Shown one piece after another: positions 20,134-30,720 of a stretch of DNA of 64,000 nucleotides. The notes beneath the pieces were generated by a model. It made no database searches and was not told the origin of the DNA. It was given only the letters and a program-made list of their open reading frames with translations. The first letter of the stretch is position 1. Every line of letters begins with the position of its first letter. The DNA lies in contig CAVUWV010000010.1 in NCBI GenBank assembly GCA_963745075.1, positions 160,001 to 224,000 on the forward strand, written 5' to 3'. The translations under genes were made by a program, and so were the position numbers. The stretch is from Candidatus Hydrogenedentota bacterium (GTDB taxonomy: Bacteria; Hydrogenedentota; Hydrogenedentia; Hydrogenedentales; SLHB01).

Positions 20134-21354
20134 ATGCCCGAGTATAGGTACCGCGCCGTCGACGAAAATGGTCGTAGCGTTACCGGCACCATGAATGAAG
20201 ATTCCGCGGTCCGCGTGACGGCGATGCTCGAGGAACAGGGGTTGCAGGTGTCCTCGGTCGAGCCCGAAGCCCCGCCACGTACGACGGTCCGGCGCACCGG
20301 CGGTCTCACGTGGGAGGAGATCGATCTCTTGAACCAGCAGTTGCTCGCGATCGTGCGGAGCGGACTTCCCCTGGCGCCGGCCCTGAAAGTCGTCGCCGGC
20401 GAGTTGCGTGGCCAGCGTCTTAAAGGCGTTCTGGACGCGTTGCACGCGTCGTTGGAACAAGGGCAAAGCCTCGAAGAAGCGCTCGATGCACAAGCGGGGA
20501 AACTGCCGCCCGTGTACCGCGCATCCCTGATCGCAGGTGAACGCACAGGCAATTTGCCTTCGGTACTCGAAGATATGTGCGCCTACACCGGCTACATGGT
20601 CGAGACCAAGAACCACGTCCAACAGGCGATTGCCTATCCGCTGCTGGTCGTGGCGGCGTGTATCGCCGTGCTTGGTTTCTTTCTGACGACCGTCGTTCCC
20701 CAGTTTGCCGATGTGTTCGCGGACTTCGGGACGCGGTTGCCGTGGTTGACTCGTTTCTGGATCGACGTGGCGTACAGCGTTCAGGCGCGGTACCCGTACA
20801 TGCTCATGGCGGTGTCTTTACTGATCGTTGTCGCGTATCTAGGCCTGAAGTTTGCCCGTACAACGGAGAAGGGCAGGTACTTCCTCGACTGGATCAAGCT
20901 TCGCGTGCCGGCTATCGGCCGCGCCTTTCGCCAGGATTCGCTTGCGCGTTTCAGCCGGACCTTGGCCTTGCTTCTTGGTTCCCGTGTGCCCATCCCGGAG
21001 AGCATGCAACTCGCTGCTACCGCGGCCGGCAATGCCGTGCTTGGGCGGGCCGTAACGCGCGCGACGCATACCATCGAGCAGGGATCCAATATCGCGGGCG
21101 CCTTTGAAGCCACCGGCTACTTCGACGGCACCTTTAATTGGCTGCTGGGCTTGGCCGAAGAACGCGGCGAGCTGGAGGTCTCTCTGCTTCATTTGGCCGA
21201 TACGTACGAACAAGGCGGGCGGCGGACCGGCCGCGCGATTGTTTCATTCTTGCCTCCGGCATTGATCCTGTTGCTTGGCGGCGTTGTGGCCTCGATCGTG
21301 ATCTCCATCTACCTGCCCATGTTCACATTGGCAGACGTGATTAGCGGACGATGA
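20134..21354 (+). CDS. Type II secretion/type IV pilus platform protein (GspF/PilC family)
   Basis: MPEYRYRAVD start, SGLPL, GERTGNL, AIAYP, SIYLPMFTL. Confidence 0.9.
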   Translation: MPEYRYRAVDENGRSVTGTMNEDSAVRVTAMLEEQGLQVSSVEPEAPPRTTVRRTGGLTWEEIDLLNQQLLAIVRSGLPLAPALKVVAGELRGQRLKGVLDALHASLEQGQSLEEALDAQAGKLPPVYRASLIAGERTGNLPSVLEDMCAYTGYMVETKNHVQQAIAYPLLVVAACIAVLGFFLTTVVPQFADVFADFGTRLPWLTRFWIDVAYSVQARYPYMLMAVSLLIVVAYLGLKFARTTEKGRYFLDWIKLRVPAIGRAFRQDSLARFSRTLALLLGSRVPIPESMQLAATAAGNAVLGRAVTRATHTIEQGSNIAGAFEATGYFDGTFNWLLGLAEERGELEVSLLHLADTYEQGGRRTGRAIVSFLPPALILLLGGVVASIVISIYLPMFTLADVISGR

Positions 21355-22532
21355 ACTGGAAACAATTACTACGAACGGACGTGACAACGGTATTGCGCGG
21401 TTTTGCGCCACCCCACGTCTACCACGCCCGGCATGGCCGCAAGTGGGCGGGTCCCATGTACGCTCGCCGGGCAAATTGGCATCGTGATTTACTGGCCGTC
21501 ACGGGCCAACTGCAATCGATCGTTCAATGCAACGCGCCGCTGGTCCAGGGGCTTGAACTGGCCGCGTGGGACGCTCCCCGCCGGAAAGTCCAGCTCATGT
21601 TGCAGGCCATCCATGACGATCTGGTTTCGGGAAGCACCTTGCACGAGTCCCTGGCGCAACGGACCCGGTTCTTTCCAAAGTATTACGTCGATCTCGTCAA
21701 GGTTGGCGAGGTTACCGGCACCCTCTCCAAGTCGCTGGCCCACCTGTTCGAGCATCTGACTTCCGAGCGCAAACGCGCCGCCTCCATCTGGGGATGGCTC
21801 GGCTATTTCGCCGTCGTGTTGTGCATTCAGATGACGATAATCGCGTTACTCGGTTTGTTTGTGCTTCCCGAGTTTGTCGAATCGCTGAAGGACTTGGGTG
21901 GGGAATCTCCCGCTATTCTCGATCGTCTGGTGCGCGTAGGCGATTTGATCCACGCTTACTGGGATCCCGTTACGGTCGCTTTGGTTCTGCTCCTTCTGAT
22001 CGTGCCCAGCACTTTGTTGCCCATGCGCCGAACAACCGCCGGCGTTGGCGTACGTCCAATCAAGTTCCTTGGATGCAGGCTGCCCTTGATTGGATCTGCG
22101 ATTGCTAAGAGCGACTTGAGCCGTGTGGCCCGCGTTCTGGGGCGGTTGCTGCACGCCGGCGTTCCGTTGAACGATGCCTTACACGACAGTGCGGAGTTGG
22201 ATCTGGCAGTGCCGCAGCGTCTCGCACTGCAACGGGTCAAACGTCAGGTCGAAGAAGGCTCCAGTCTTACGCAGGCCGTTCGGGAGACGGGCGGTTTCCC
22301 GGAATCGTTCTGCGCGCTCGTGTCCCTGGGCGAATCGAGCGGCCGGCTGGGGAATGCTTTTGACCGCATCGCCGAACTTTACGAAATACAGACCTTGAAG
22401 ACCACGCGTGTCCTGATCGACACCATTTGTCCGTTGGGAATCTTGGTTCTCGGGGGCATCGTACTCGCCGTCGAACTGTCGGTGTTTTCGTATCTCACCA
22501 CCTTCGCGGATACGATCCTGAGTCAACTTTGA
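21351..22532 (+). CDS. Second GspF/PilC family platform protein
   Basis: Two T2SSF repeats (GEVTGTL; AGVPL...GESSGRL); ATGA overlap with the first copy. Confidence 0.85.
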   Translation: MNWKQLLRTDVTTVLRGFAPPHVYHARHGRKWAGPMYARRANWHRDLLAVTGQLQSIVQCNAPLVQGLELAAWDAPRRKVQLMLQAIHDDLVSGSTLHESLAQRTRFFPKYYVDLVKVGEVTGTLSKSLAHLFEHLTSERKRAASIWGWLGYFAVVLCIQMTIIALLGLFVLPEFVESLKDLGGESPAILDRLVRVGDLIHAYWDPVTVALVLLLLIVPSTLLPMRRTTAGVGVRPIKFLGCRLPLIGSAIAKSDLSRVARVLGRLLHAGVPLNDALHDSAELDLAVPQRLALQRVKRQVEEGSSLTQAVRETGGFPESFCALVSLGESSGRLGNAFDRIAELYEIQTLKTTRVLIDTICPLGILVLGGIVLAVELSVFSYLTTFADTILSQL

Positions 22533-22557
22533 GTAATTACAGGAGAACGTTCGTTCC

Positions 22558-23838
22558 ATGCCATCGCTTAAAATCGTTGGAAACGAAGCAGAATTGCCGG
22601 ATGACGCGGGTGGACGGCTGTCCCTCGGCGAACTTCAGGCGCGACTGGCGGAACAGTTGGAGCGCGGCGGCGATACCGCGGCGGTGGACGCCGTCAATCT
22701 TATTCTGGATCAAGGGGTTCTCCACCGGGCGAGCGATATCCATTTCGAACCCTGGCGAGATTCGTTGGCGGTTCGATACCGTATTGACGGAATCCTCCAC
22801 GATGCCGCGCTCTTGGCCCGCGCGCACCACCCCCGCATCACGACCCGGCTGAAGATCGTTGCGCGCATCGCAACCTACCACCGGGACACACCCCAGGATG
22901 GACGTATCGAACCGGACGCCACACCCTGCGGCCGGGCCATGCGCGTGTCGACCTTTCCCACGGTCAACGGAGAAAAAGTGACCGTTCGGGTGTTGGACAT
23001 GCCGGGCGGGTTGTTGCCGTTGGTATCGTTGGGGTTCACGCCGTCGCTGGTGGCATCCCTGCGCGACCTGGTGGGTCGGCCGAGCGGCACCCTGCTGCTG
23101 ACCGGTCCAAGTTCCAGCGGGAAGACCACCACGATTTATGCGCTCATCGACGAGATTCTCCGAATGCGAAAACCCGCGCCGCACGTGGTCACCATCGAAG
23201 ACCCCGTCGAGTATCGCCTTGCGCAGGTTTCGCAAACCGAGATCAATCCGCATACCGAATTCACCTTTGAAGACGCGCTCCGGGCCGTATTGCGGCAGGA
23301 TCCCGAAGTGATCATGCTGGGCGAAATCCGCGATCCCGCCACTGCCCATGCCGCCATTCAGGCGGGGCTGACGGGGCACCTGGTCATCAGTACCATTCAC
23401 AGCGGCACCGCGGCTGGCGTCTTCACGCGCCTGCTGGATATGGGCATCGAACCCTTCTTGATCGCATCCTCCGTGACCGGCGTTCTGGCGCAGCGTTTGG
23501 TCCGCCTGAATTGTCCCCACTGCAGTGCATCGATCGTTCCGGACGAACGGCTTTGCGCCGCCTACGGTATTACGTCCGATGCCGGAGACTTTCGAGCCGG
23601 GAATGGATGTCCGGAGTGCGAAGGCATCGGCTATTGGGGACGGACCGCGATTGGCGAACTGCTGACCGTTGACGAAACGATTTCAGACCTGGTCCTGAAC
23701 CGGTCGCGTACGGCCTCTCTCCATCAGGCCGCCGTGGCTGCGGGGATGAACGCACTCGAGCACGACGGCATCGCGCGTGTTACGGCCGGGGTCACAACAC
23801 TGGAGGAGATGCGGCGCGTATTGCCGCCGGGACTGTAA
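22558..23838 (+). CDS. GspE/PilB family assembly ATPase
   Basis: ASDIHFEP, RYRIDG, Walker A GPSSSGKTTT, TIEDPVEY, LRQDPEVIMLGEIRD, TGHLVISTIH, tetracysteine CPHC/CPEC. Confidence 0.93.
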   Translation: MPSLKIVGNEAELPDDAGGRLSLGELQARLAEQLERGGDTAAVDAVNLILDQGVLHRASDIHFEPWRDSLAVRYRIDGILHDAALLARAHHPRITTRLKIVARIATYHRDTPQDGRIEPDATPCGRAMRVSTFPTVNGEKVTVRVLDMPGGLLPLVSLGFTPSLVASLRDLVGRPSGTLLLTGPSSSGKTTTIYALIDEILRMRKPAPHVVTIEDPVEYRLAQVSQTEINPHTEFTFEDALRAVLRQDPEVIMLGEIRDPATAHAAIQAGLTGHLVISTIHSGTAAGVFTRLLDMGIEPFLIASSVTGVLAQRLVRLNCPHCSASIVPDERLCAAYGITSDAGDFRAGNGCPECEGIGYWGRTAIGELLTVDETISDLVLNRSRTASLHQAAVAAGMNALEHDGIARVTAGVTTLEEMRRVLPPGL

Positions 23839-24290
23839 TGGATTCAATCGTCTACACCGTGTGCAGGGCTCGTTCAATCCGTTCAAACCGCAACGGACGG
23901 CTCGGATTCTCGTACCTCGAGTTAACGGCGGCGCTGTTCGTGTTCTCCCTCGGGATCATGGGCGCGTTCCAACTGTTTCATTTTACATTGTCCAAGACGC
24001 GCGTGATTAAGGAAGACGCCATTGCCATGCGCGCCATCCAGAACGAAATAGAAACGCTGCGCGTTCAGCCGTTTTCGGAACTGGTCGATGGAACGCGCGG
24101 ACTGACCAGTGCATGTCCTGAACTCGCACAATTGAAGAATGCGCACGGCGACGTACGGATTGACCCCTATGAAGGGTTCCCGGGCGACCTGAAACAGGTT
24201 CAGGTTACGTTGGAATGGACGGGCGACAATGCGCGCCACCGGACGCTGTCGTCTACAACGCTGCTTGGCAACCGAGGTGGTTCGTCATGA
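23838..24290 (+). CDS. Minor pseudopilin (GspI/PilV-like)
   Basis: Class III signal G|FSYLELTAALFVFSLGIMG; VQVTLEW near the C-terminus. Confidence 0.75.
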   Translation: MDSIVYTVCRARSIRSNRNGRLGFSYLELTAALFVFSLGIMGAFQLFHFTLSKTRVIKEDAIAMRAIQNEIETLRVQPFSELVDGTRGLTSACPELAQLKNAHGDVRIDPYEGFPGDLKQVQVTLEWTGDNARHRTLSSTTLLGNRGGSS

Positions 24291-24859
24291 CAAACTCGAA
24301 GATAGCACATGGTCGCGCGAACGCCGGAATGACGCTCCTGGAACTGCTGGGCTACGTCGCGGCGTTGGGGATCCTCGTCAACATATGCGCAGTCTCCTTC
24401 GTTCAGTCGAACCGGCTCGCGCAGGTGGGGGAGACCACCCTGCTTCGTCTCGATACCCTTGCGGCCGTCCAGCAGGATTTCACCGACGCCGTTCACCGCG
24501 CCGTTTCCGTCGCGCCGGCCCTGGCGGGTTTTTCCACGAATGCGGAACAGGTCGTTCTCCAGCTTCCGCCATTGCCTGATGAGCCCGAAGCCGTCCGCTT
24601 CATTGTGTTCGGCAGAAACGGTAAAGACGACCTTTCCATGACGACCTACGCGATGGCGAACGGCAAGCTCGTCCTGGAGCGGCATCAACGGTATCCCGTA
24701 CGTTTCGAAGTAGTGAACCTCGCCTACGACCGGCCTCCCGGCCAGGGGACCCGCGCGGTATCGTTGACGCTGCGCATTTTCCAGGAGCGACGCGACAATC
24801 GCAGTGGCGGCGGTGCGACCGTTACCGCCTCGCTGCGCGCCACGGAGTACCCGTTATGA
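24287..24859 (+). CDS. Minor pseudopilin (GspJ/PilW-like)
   Basis: ATG 24287 overlaps the upstream stop; G|MTLLELLGYVAALGIL prepilin motif. Confidence 0.72.
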   Translation: MTNSKIAHGRANAGMTLLELLGYVAALGILVNICAVSFVQSNRLAQVGETTLLRLDTLAAVQQDFTDAVHRAVSVAPALAGFSTNAEQVVLQLPPLPDEPEAVRFIVFGRNGKDDLSMTTYAMANGKLVLERHQRYPVRFEVVNLAYDRPPGQGTRAVSLTLRIFQERRDNRSGGGATVTASLRATEYPL

Positions 24860-25293
24860 ATGCACGACGAAACAATCGAAACAACGTCGCATCGCCAGCG
24901 AAGGCATGGCGCTTCTCTTGGCGCTCGGGGTTCTCGTTGTCGTAACTGCTTTCTCTACTGCGCTATTGACGGGACTCCGCGTGAGTCCTAAACCAGGCGC
25001 AAGTCCGGGAACGTCAGATTCAGTGCACCAACATCGCGGAAGCGGGTATCGAGAAAGCACTCGTGGAACTGCGCGCAGGCGCCAGTCCGTACGGTGGCGA
25101 GAAGGACACTCCGTTCGGCCCGGGATCGTTTACGGTCGTTGTCAAGCCGTTGGAGTTCAATCGAGTTGCGCTCACGTCGACCGGCGTACTGGCAGAAGGA
25201 ACTCCGGTGCATGCCCGCGTGCGCGTTGAGGCGGCCGTCGAACCCGGGGGCCGGGTGCGCATCCTCCGCTGGGACGAGGAGGTCCACCGATGA
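24856..25293 (+). CDS. GspK/PilX-like pseudopilin (frameshifted)
   Basis: [14 protein letters not shown] (no Glu5, as in GspK/PilX). After a 1-nt shift near 24988 it reads [14 protein letters not shown] (PilX N-terminal motif). Start uncertain. Confidence 0.6.
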
Positions 25294-25982
25294 TGACCCT
25301 GCGCAAGAGAACCGGTTTCACGCTGATCGAATTATTGGCCGTTGTCGGTATTATCGGCGTGCTTGCGGCCATCCTGCTGCCTGCCTTGGCTCGTGCCCGC
25401 GAACAGGCCCGCCGCACGAGTTGCATGAGCAATCTTTCCCAACTCGGCATGGCTTTCCAGATGTACGCCGCCGAAAACGAAGGGGCCTTTCCGTGGAGCG
25501 GTGGGGGAGGGGACGCCCAATGCCTGCTCGATCTGATTCCCGAATACGTCACTGACCCCTGGCTCTTCGCCTGTCCCTCGTGTAGCATTAATTTCGAAGG
25601 GCAACCCCGGGGTGAGGAACCCAAACCATTGAATACCTACCTTCACGCGGAGCACAGCGTTCGCGGCAGCTACGACTACTTCGGTGTTTATACTTCGACC
25701 CCGCTCACGCTGCCCCCCGCCGATCGTGGCATACCGCGAATACCCATCATGTGGGATGCCTTCAGCGGCATTCCTCGTCTTGGAAAAGACCACGAGGCGC
25801 CGCGCTTCTATGCAAACCACGTCCCCGCCGGTGGAAACGTACTGTGGATGGATGGGTCGGTCACGTTTGTCCTGACGAACGAGTGGAAAGATTGGAACCT
25901 TCCCGCGGCGGTTCCGAACGTAGAGATGACCGATCCCTCCGCCGAAAAGGTAGGTCCTCCCGAGTCCGAATCCCTGCGCTGA
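25290..25982 (+). CDS. DUF1559-type prepilin with H-X9-DG-like C-terminal motif
   Basis: [66 protein letters not shown]. Confidence 0.88.
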   Translation: MMTLRKRTGFTLIELLAVVGIIGVLAAILLPALARAREQARRTSCMSNLSQLGMAFQMYAAENEGAFPWSGGGGDAQCLLDLIPEYVTDPWLFACPSCSINFEGQPRGEEPKPLNTYLHAEHSVRGSYDYFGVYTSTPLTLPPADRGIPRIPIMWDAFSGIPRLGKDHEAPRFYANHVPAGGNVLWMDGSVTFVLTNEWKDWNLPAAVPNVEMTDPSAEKVGPPESESLR

Positions 25983-26139
25983 GGGCATGCCCCGTGACGT
26001 GCACTTTCCCCCGACACGGAAAATGCTGCGCCCGTTGACTCCCGACGGAACGATCCTCCATTATGCCTTGCGCGCAAGTCGCGTCGGTTAGATGGTCTAA
26101 CCGCAACCCGATCGGGGTTCGGCTGCAGTGCGAGGGGAT

Positions 26140-27084
26140 ATGAAGAGATTACTGGTGACAGGCGGTGCGGGTTTCATCGGATCCCACATCGTGGATGCCT
26201 ATGTGGAAACGGGCCATCATGTGGCTGTGGTGGACAATCTCAGTTCGGGATTTCGCGAATTCGTGAACCCAAAGGCGACCTTTTACGAAATGGACGTTCG
26301 ATCCGAGGATATTCGTTCCATCTTCGAAAAGGAAAAACCCGAAGTCGTCAATCATCTCGCGGCGCAAATCGACGTGCGGCGCAGTGTCGAAGAGCCCATG
26401 TTCGATGCGGATGTCAACATCAAGGGCTCGCTGAACGTATTGGAATGCGCCGTAAAGACCGGCGTCAAGAAGTTCCTGTTCGCGTCGACCGGCGGCGCCA
26501 TTTATGGTGAACCGGAGATCCTTCCGGTGTCGGAAGAATACTGGCCGCGCCCAATTTGTCATTACGGCGCTGCCAAGTATTCGGTCGAGCACTACATCTA
26601 CCTCTACCGGCATCTCTACGGCATCGATTTCACCATCCTCCGGTTCCCGAACGTCTATGGTCCGCGCCAGAATCCCCATGGCGAGGCCGGTGTATGCTCG
26701 ATCTTGATCGGTTTGATGCTGGAGGGCCGGGCGCCAACCTTGTTCGGGTTTGGCAAGCCGTTGCGCGACTATGTCTTTGTCGGTGACATTGCGCGGGCCA
26801 ACGTACTGGCCCTCGACAAGGGGTCCGGTGAAACCCTGAATCTGGGTTCAGGTATTGGTACCTCCGTCCGGCAGATTTTCGATGTCTTGCAGGGAATCCT
26901 GGATTTCCCGGACGAGCCCATGCTTAAAGAACTCAGGCCGGGCGAGATACGTGAGATCTACATCACCGGCGAACGAGCCCGGGAAGTGCTCGGATGGTCC
27001 CCAACGGTGAATTTGAAGGAAGGACTTCAGCGAACGGTCGACCACATTCGCGCTGCCGAGTCGGCTACAGGCTCGAACCGCTAG
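26140..27084 (+). CDS. NAD-dependent epimerase/dehydratase (UDP-glucose 4-epimerase-like)
   Basis: TGGAGFIG, HLAAQ, ASTGGAIYG, YGAAK, NVYGPRQ, RDYVFV. Confidence 0.92.
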   Translation: MKRLLVTGGAGFIGSHIVDAYVETGHHVAVVDNLSSGFREFVNPKATFYEMDVRSEDIRSIFEKEKPEVVNHLAAQIDVRRSVEEPMFDADVNIKGSLNVLECAVKTGVKKFLFASTGGAIYGEPEILPVSEEYWPRPICHYGAAKYSVEHYIYLYRHLYGIDFTILRFPNVYGPRQNPHGEAGVCSILIGLMLEGRAPTLFGFGKPLRDYVFVGDIARANVLALDKGSGETLNLGSGIGTSVRQIFDVLQGILDFPDEPMLKELRPGEIREIYITGERAREVLGWSPTVNLKEGLQRTVDHIRAAESATGSNR

Positions 27085-27323
27085 CCCCCAGGACGCGCCT
27101 GTCAACAGTTCGATTGCCATCCACAGCGAGCAGTGCACGTTCCGGGCGAGAACGGGTTGTTCCGCTTTGGCTTTCCTTGCTACTATGGCATCTTCATTCT
27201 TGGGCGGACGAACTCTATGATTTCAATGATTGTCTGCGGTTCATGCGGTGTACGATGCACTTCCCGCGAAACAGTTTGGCGCGCTGCTTTTGAGCGGCAC
27301 GGAATCGGGCTGCGATTCAAAGT

Positions 27324-30300
27324 TTGGGGCGTTCTCGGGTGGACGTAAACTCTCCACAACTGGATCAGTTTGATTCCATTCGTCAAGAGGCCCTCGGTTT
27401 AGCCGGTCTCGGCCTGCTTCGGACGACGGCAAAAGGCATCGTCGTATTCGCGGACAAGACCGCGCTCGACGTCCTGGACGTTCGGGAGGACCCTGCCCGC
27501 AGTGCTCAGGTCGTTGGGCACGCTCTTACCGATCTGACAACTTGCCCAATTCCCGTCGAAACGATCGCCACCGAACTTCGCCGTTCCGGGCGCATCCGGC
27601 GCGACGAAGTCGCGTTCCAAGGCGCCAACGGCGATGAACGCTGGGCGCTATACGATTGCTACATCGTGCGCGATTCGGTTTCCGGCGACGACTTCGTCCA
27701 ATTCGTCATTCAGGATGTGACCGAACATCGGCGCACCGCCCGGCAGGAACGAATCCGGCAGATCGCCGTCGATTCATCGGTCAATGCCATTGCCATGGCC
27801 GACCTGGATGGAACGGTGACCTACGCCAATCCCGCCCTGGCTTCCATGTGGGGATTTAAGGACGTGGACGACGTAATCGGAAGGCACGCGGAGTCCCTTT
27901 GGGCGGACGAACACCTGGCGCGGCACGTCGGAATTTGGCTGATTCAACACGATCATTGGTCGGGGCAACTTTCCGCCCGCCGAAAAGATGGCACGACGTT
28001 CGATGTCCACCTTTCCGCCACTCGCGTGCTCGATGCGGACGGAACCCCGCTGTGTCTCATGATGTCCTGTGTGGACATCTCCGAACAGAAGCGGATCGAG
28101 GAGGAACTGCGCAAACGGGTCGAGACCGAGCGGCTTATCGTTCGAATCTCTACACGACTCGTCAGTCGGCTGTCCAGAGACTTGAATGCGTCCGTCACGG
28201 ACGCGCTACAGGAACTCGGAGAATTTGCCGAGGTTTCCTTTGCCGCTCTCGCAATCCGGGATCCCGACGAGGAACGTGTGGAACACGTCTTTGAATGGTG
28301 GAAGGACGGTTCGGGCCCCCAATTCAAGTCGTTGGTTGGTACTCCCCTTGCCGGGTTTGAGTGGTTGACGAAACAGTTGGTCAAAGGGAAGAGCACCGTC
28401 CTCGAACATATGCCCGAAGTGGGGGGGATTCACCGGCGATTCCCGCGGTTGATAGCAATCGCCGGGAAGGTGACCTCTTGCTCGTACCCGTGCAACACAA
28501 CGACCGGACCACCGGCGTCATCGCCTTGTGGACCGGCGAGGATGCCGACGCGCCGCGTGATTGGGGCGAGCAGACGGAAAACGCCATGCGTATCGTCGGC
28601 GAGATCATCGCGAACGTCGTACGGCGGCGGGAAGCCGAAGAAGAGGTGCTGCGACGCGTCGAGTTCGAACGAATCGTAACGGCCGTTTCGAGTCAATTTA
28701 TCGGAATGGCACCCGATGAGATCGACGGCGCCATTGAAGAGGCGTTGCGAACGGTCGGCGAGTACCTGCATGTCGATCGCTGCTATGTCAGTTGGATCTC
28801 CGACGAAAGCGGGGTCGTTATTGAATCCTTCGAGTGGTGTGCCGAAGGAATTCCCTCGTATTGCGCCATTTTGACGGACGTACCCCTGTTCGAGGAATTT
28901 CCATGGGCGGCGAAGAAACTGGTGCGGGGCGAACCACTCATATTCGAATCGGTTGACGAACTGCCCGACGAGGCGGGGCGCGAACGAAGGCTCATGGAGC
29001 AGCAGGACATCAAGTCCCTCGTGAACGTTCCCATCATGGTAAGCAAGCGCCTGATCGGCTTGTTGGGCTTTGAAACCGTCCAATCCGAAGCGCATTGGTC
29101 GGACGACGTCGTAGCCATGGCGACGATTGTCGGCCAGGTGTTCGGCAACGCCATGGTCCGGAAAGAAGGCGAGGCCGAGCGTCAGCACTTGGAGGCGCAG
29201 GTACGCCACGCGCAAAAGCTCGAGAGTCTCGGGGTGCTTGCCGGTGGTATCGCCCACGACTTTAACAATATCCTCATGGGGATCATTGGGAACGCGGGTC
29301 TGGCGATGATGGAGCTGCCGAGCGACTCGCCGGTGTGCGAGTGTATCGTCCACATTGAAAATGCAGCGCAACATGCCGCGGAACTGACCACCCAGTTATT
29401 GGCCTATTCCGGAAAAGGAGCGTTCAGCCTTCGGCCGGTCAACCTGACGCGTATCGTCGACGACATGATGCACCTGGTCGAAGCCGCGGTATCCAAGCGA
29501 GCGTTTTTGAACGTGCGTCTGAACCCCGATGTTCCGGATATTGACGGCGATGCGGGACAACTTCGCCAGGTGGTGCTCAATCTCGTGACCAATGCGTCCG
29601 ACGCGGTAGAGAGCGGCGGGGGCAACATCCGGATCGCGACCGGCGCGATGAAGGCGGACCGCGCGTATCTTGCGGGCACGTATTTGCACGAAGATTTTCG
29701 CGAGGGCCCATACGCGTTCTTGGAGATCGGCGACACCGGCTGCGGAATGGATCGACAGACTCTGGGCCGTATGTTCGATCCGTTCTTTAGCACGAAATTC
29801 CCGGGACGCGGTCTCGGTCTTGCGGCCGTGCTCGGGATCGTCCGCGCCCATCGCGCCGCAATCAAGGTGGAAAGCGCCCCGGGCGAGGGCACGGTGTTTC
29901 GCGTGCTCTTTCCGTGTCGCACGGAGATCGTAACACCGCAGGAAGCTGCGCCGCCCGCGATCGAGTCGGACGTTGCCGGTGGCGTTGTTCTTGTCGTTGA
30001 CGATGAGCCGGTCGTACGTCGCGTGGTGAGACTGACCTTGGAGCGATTTGGCTACGACGTTTTGATGGCCGAAGACGGGCGAGAAGCGGTGGAGGTTTTC
30101 CGCGAACGGCCGGGAGAAATCAACTGCATTCTCCTGGACATGACCATGCCCGTCATGGACGGCGCAGAAGCGTATGCCCAAATCCGAAAGATCGATGCGA
30201 GCGTCCCCATCATACTTTCCAGCGGTTATTCCGAAATTGATGCGCGCGAGCAGTTGGAGGAGTCGTCCGCGCTTACCTTCATTCAGAAGCCATACACGAC

Positions 30301-30358
30301 CGTCGCGCTGGTGGAAGCCGTGAGTCGATCGATTCGGGAAGTGCAACGTCCAGTCTAA
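27324..30358 (+). CDS. PAS/GAF hybrid sensor histidine kinase with receiver domain (frameshift at a G7 tract, 28421-28427)
   Basis: PAS domains in the first ORF; GAF, H-box GGIAHDFNN, N-box NLVTNA, DTGCGM, FFSTK, GLGL and REC LLDMTMP in the second. Confidence 0.85.
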
Positions 30359-30720
30359 TCCGCATTTCTCCCAGCCCGAATGCCATCATCGTGCAGACCG
30401 CTAGCCTGGGTGCGTGTGAGCAATGCGGTCCACCCCGCACGTCGGGCAACCCGCAAGGCCTGTAATGATAATTCGTCAGTTTCACCGGGTTGAAGATGTT
30501 CTGACCGCCGCAAACGACTTTCATTGATTCCCCCGTCCCGAATCGCCCATATTCCCGCCTATCATCGAAATGTCTTCACATTCCCGATTGTTCCGTAGCT
30601 AACGATCTTGGTTTCTTTGTTCGGGCATCGCGCAGCCGGCAGTTGGATGCCCAGATACATCCTTTTACGCACGGTGGTTCGGCATTCAATGGTGCGTAGC
30701 GTCCTTACAAGGGAGGCGTT

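Noticed and set aside
30480..30720. c-di-AMP (ydaO) riboswitch upstream of kup
   Set aside because: Only an isolated AGCTAAC is present; the other conserved elements are missing.
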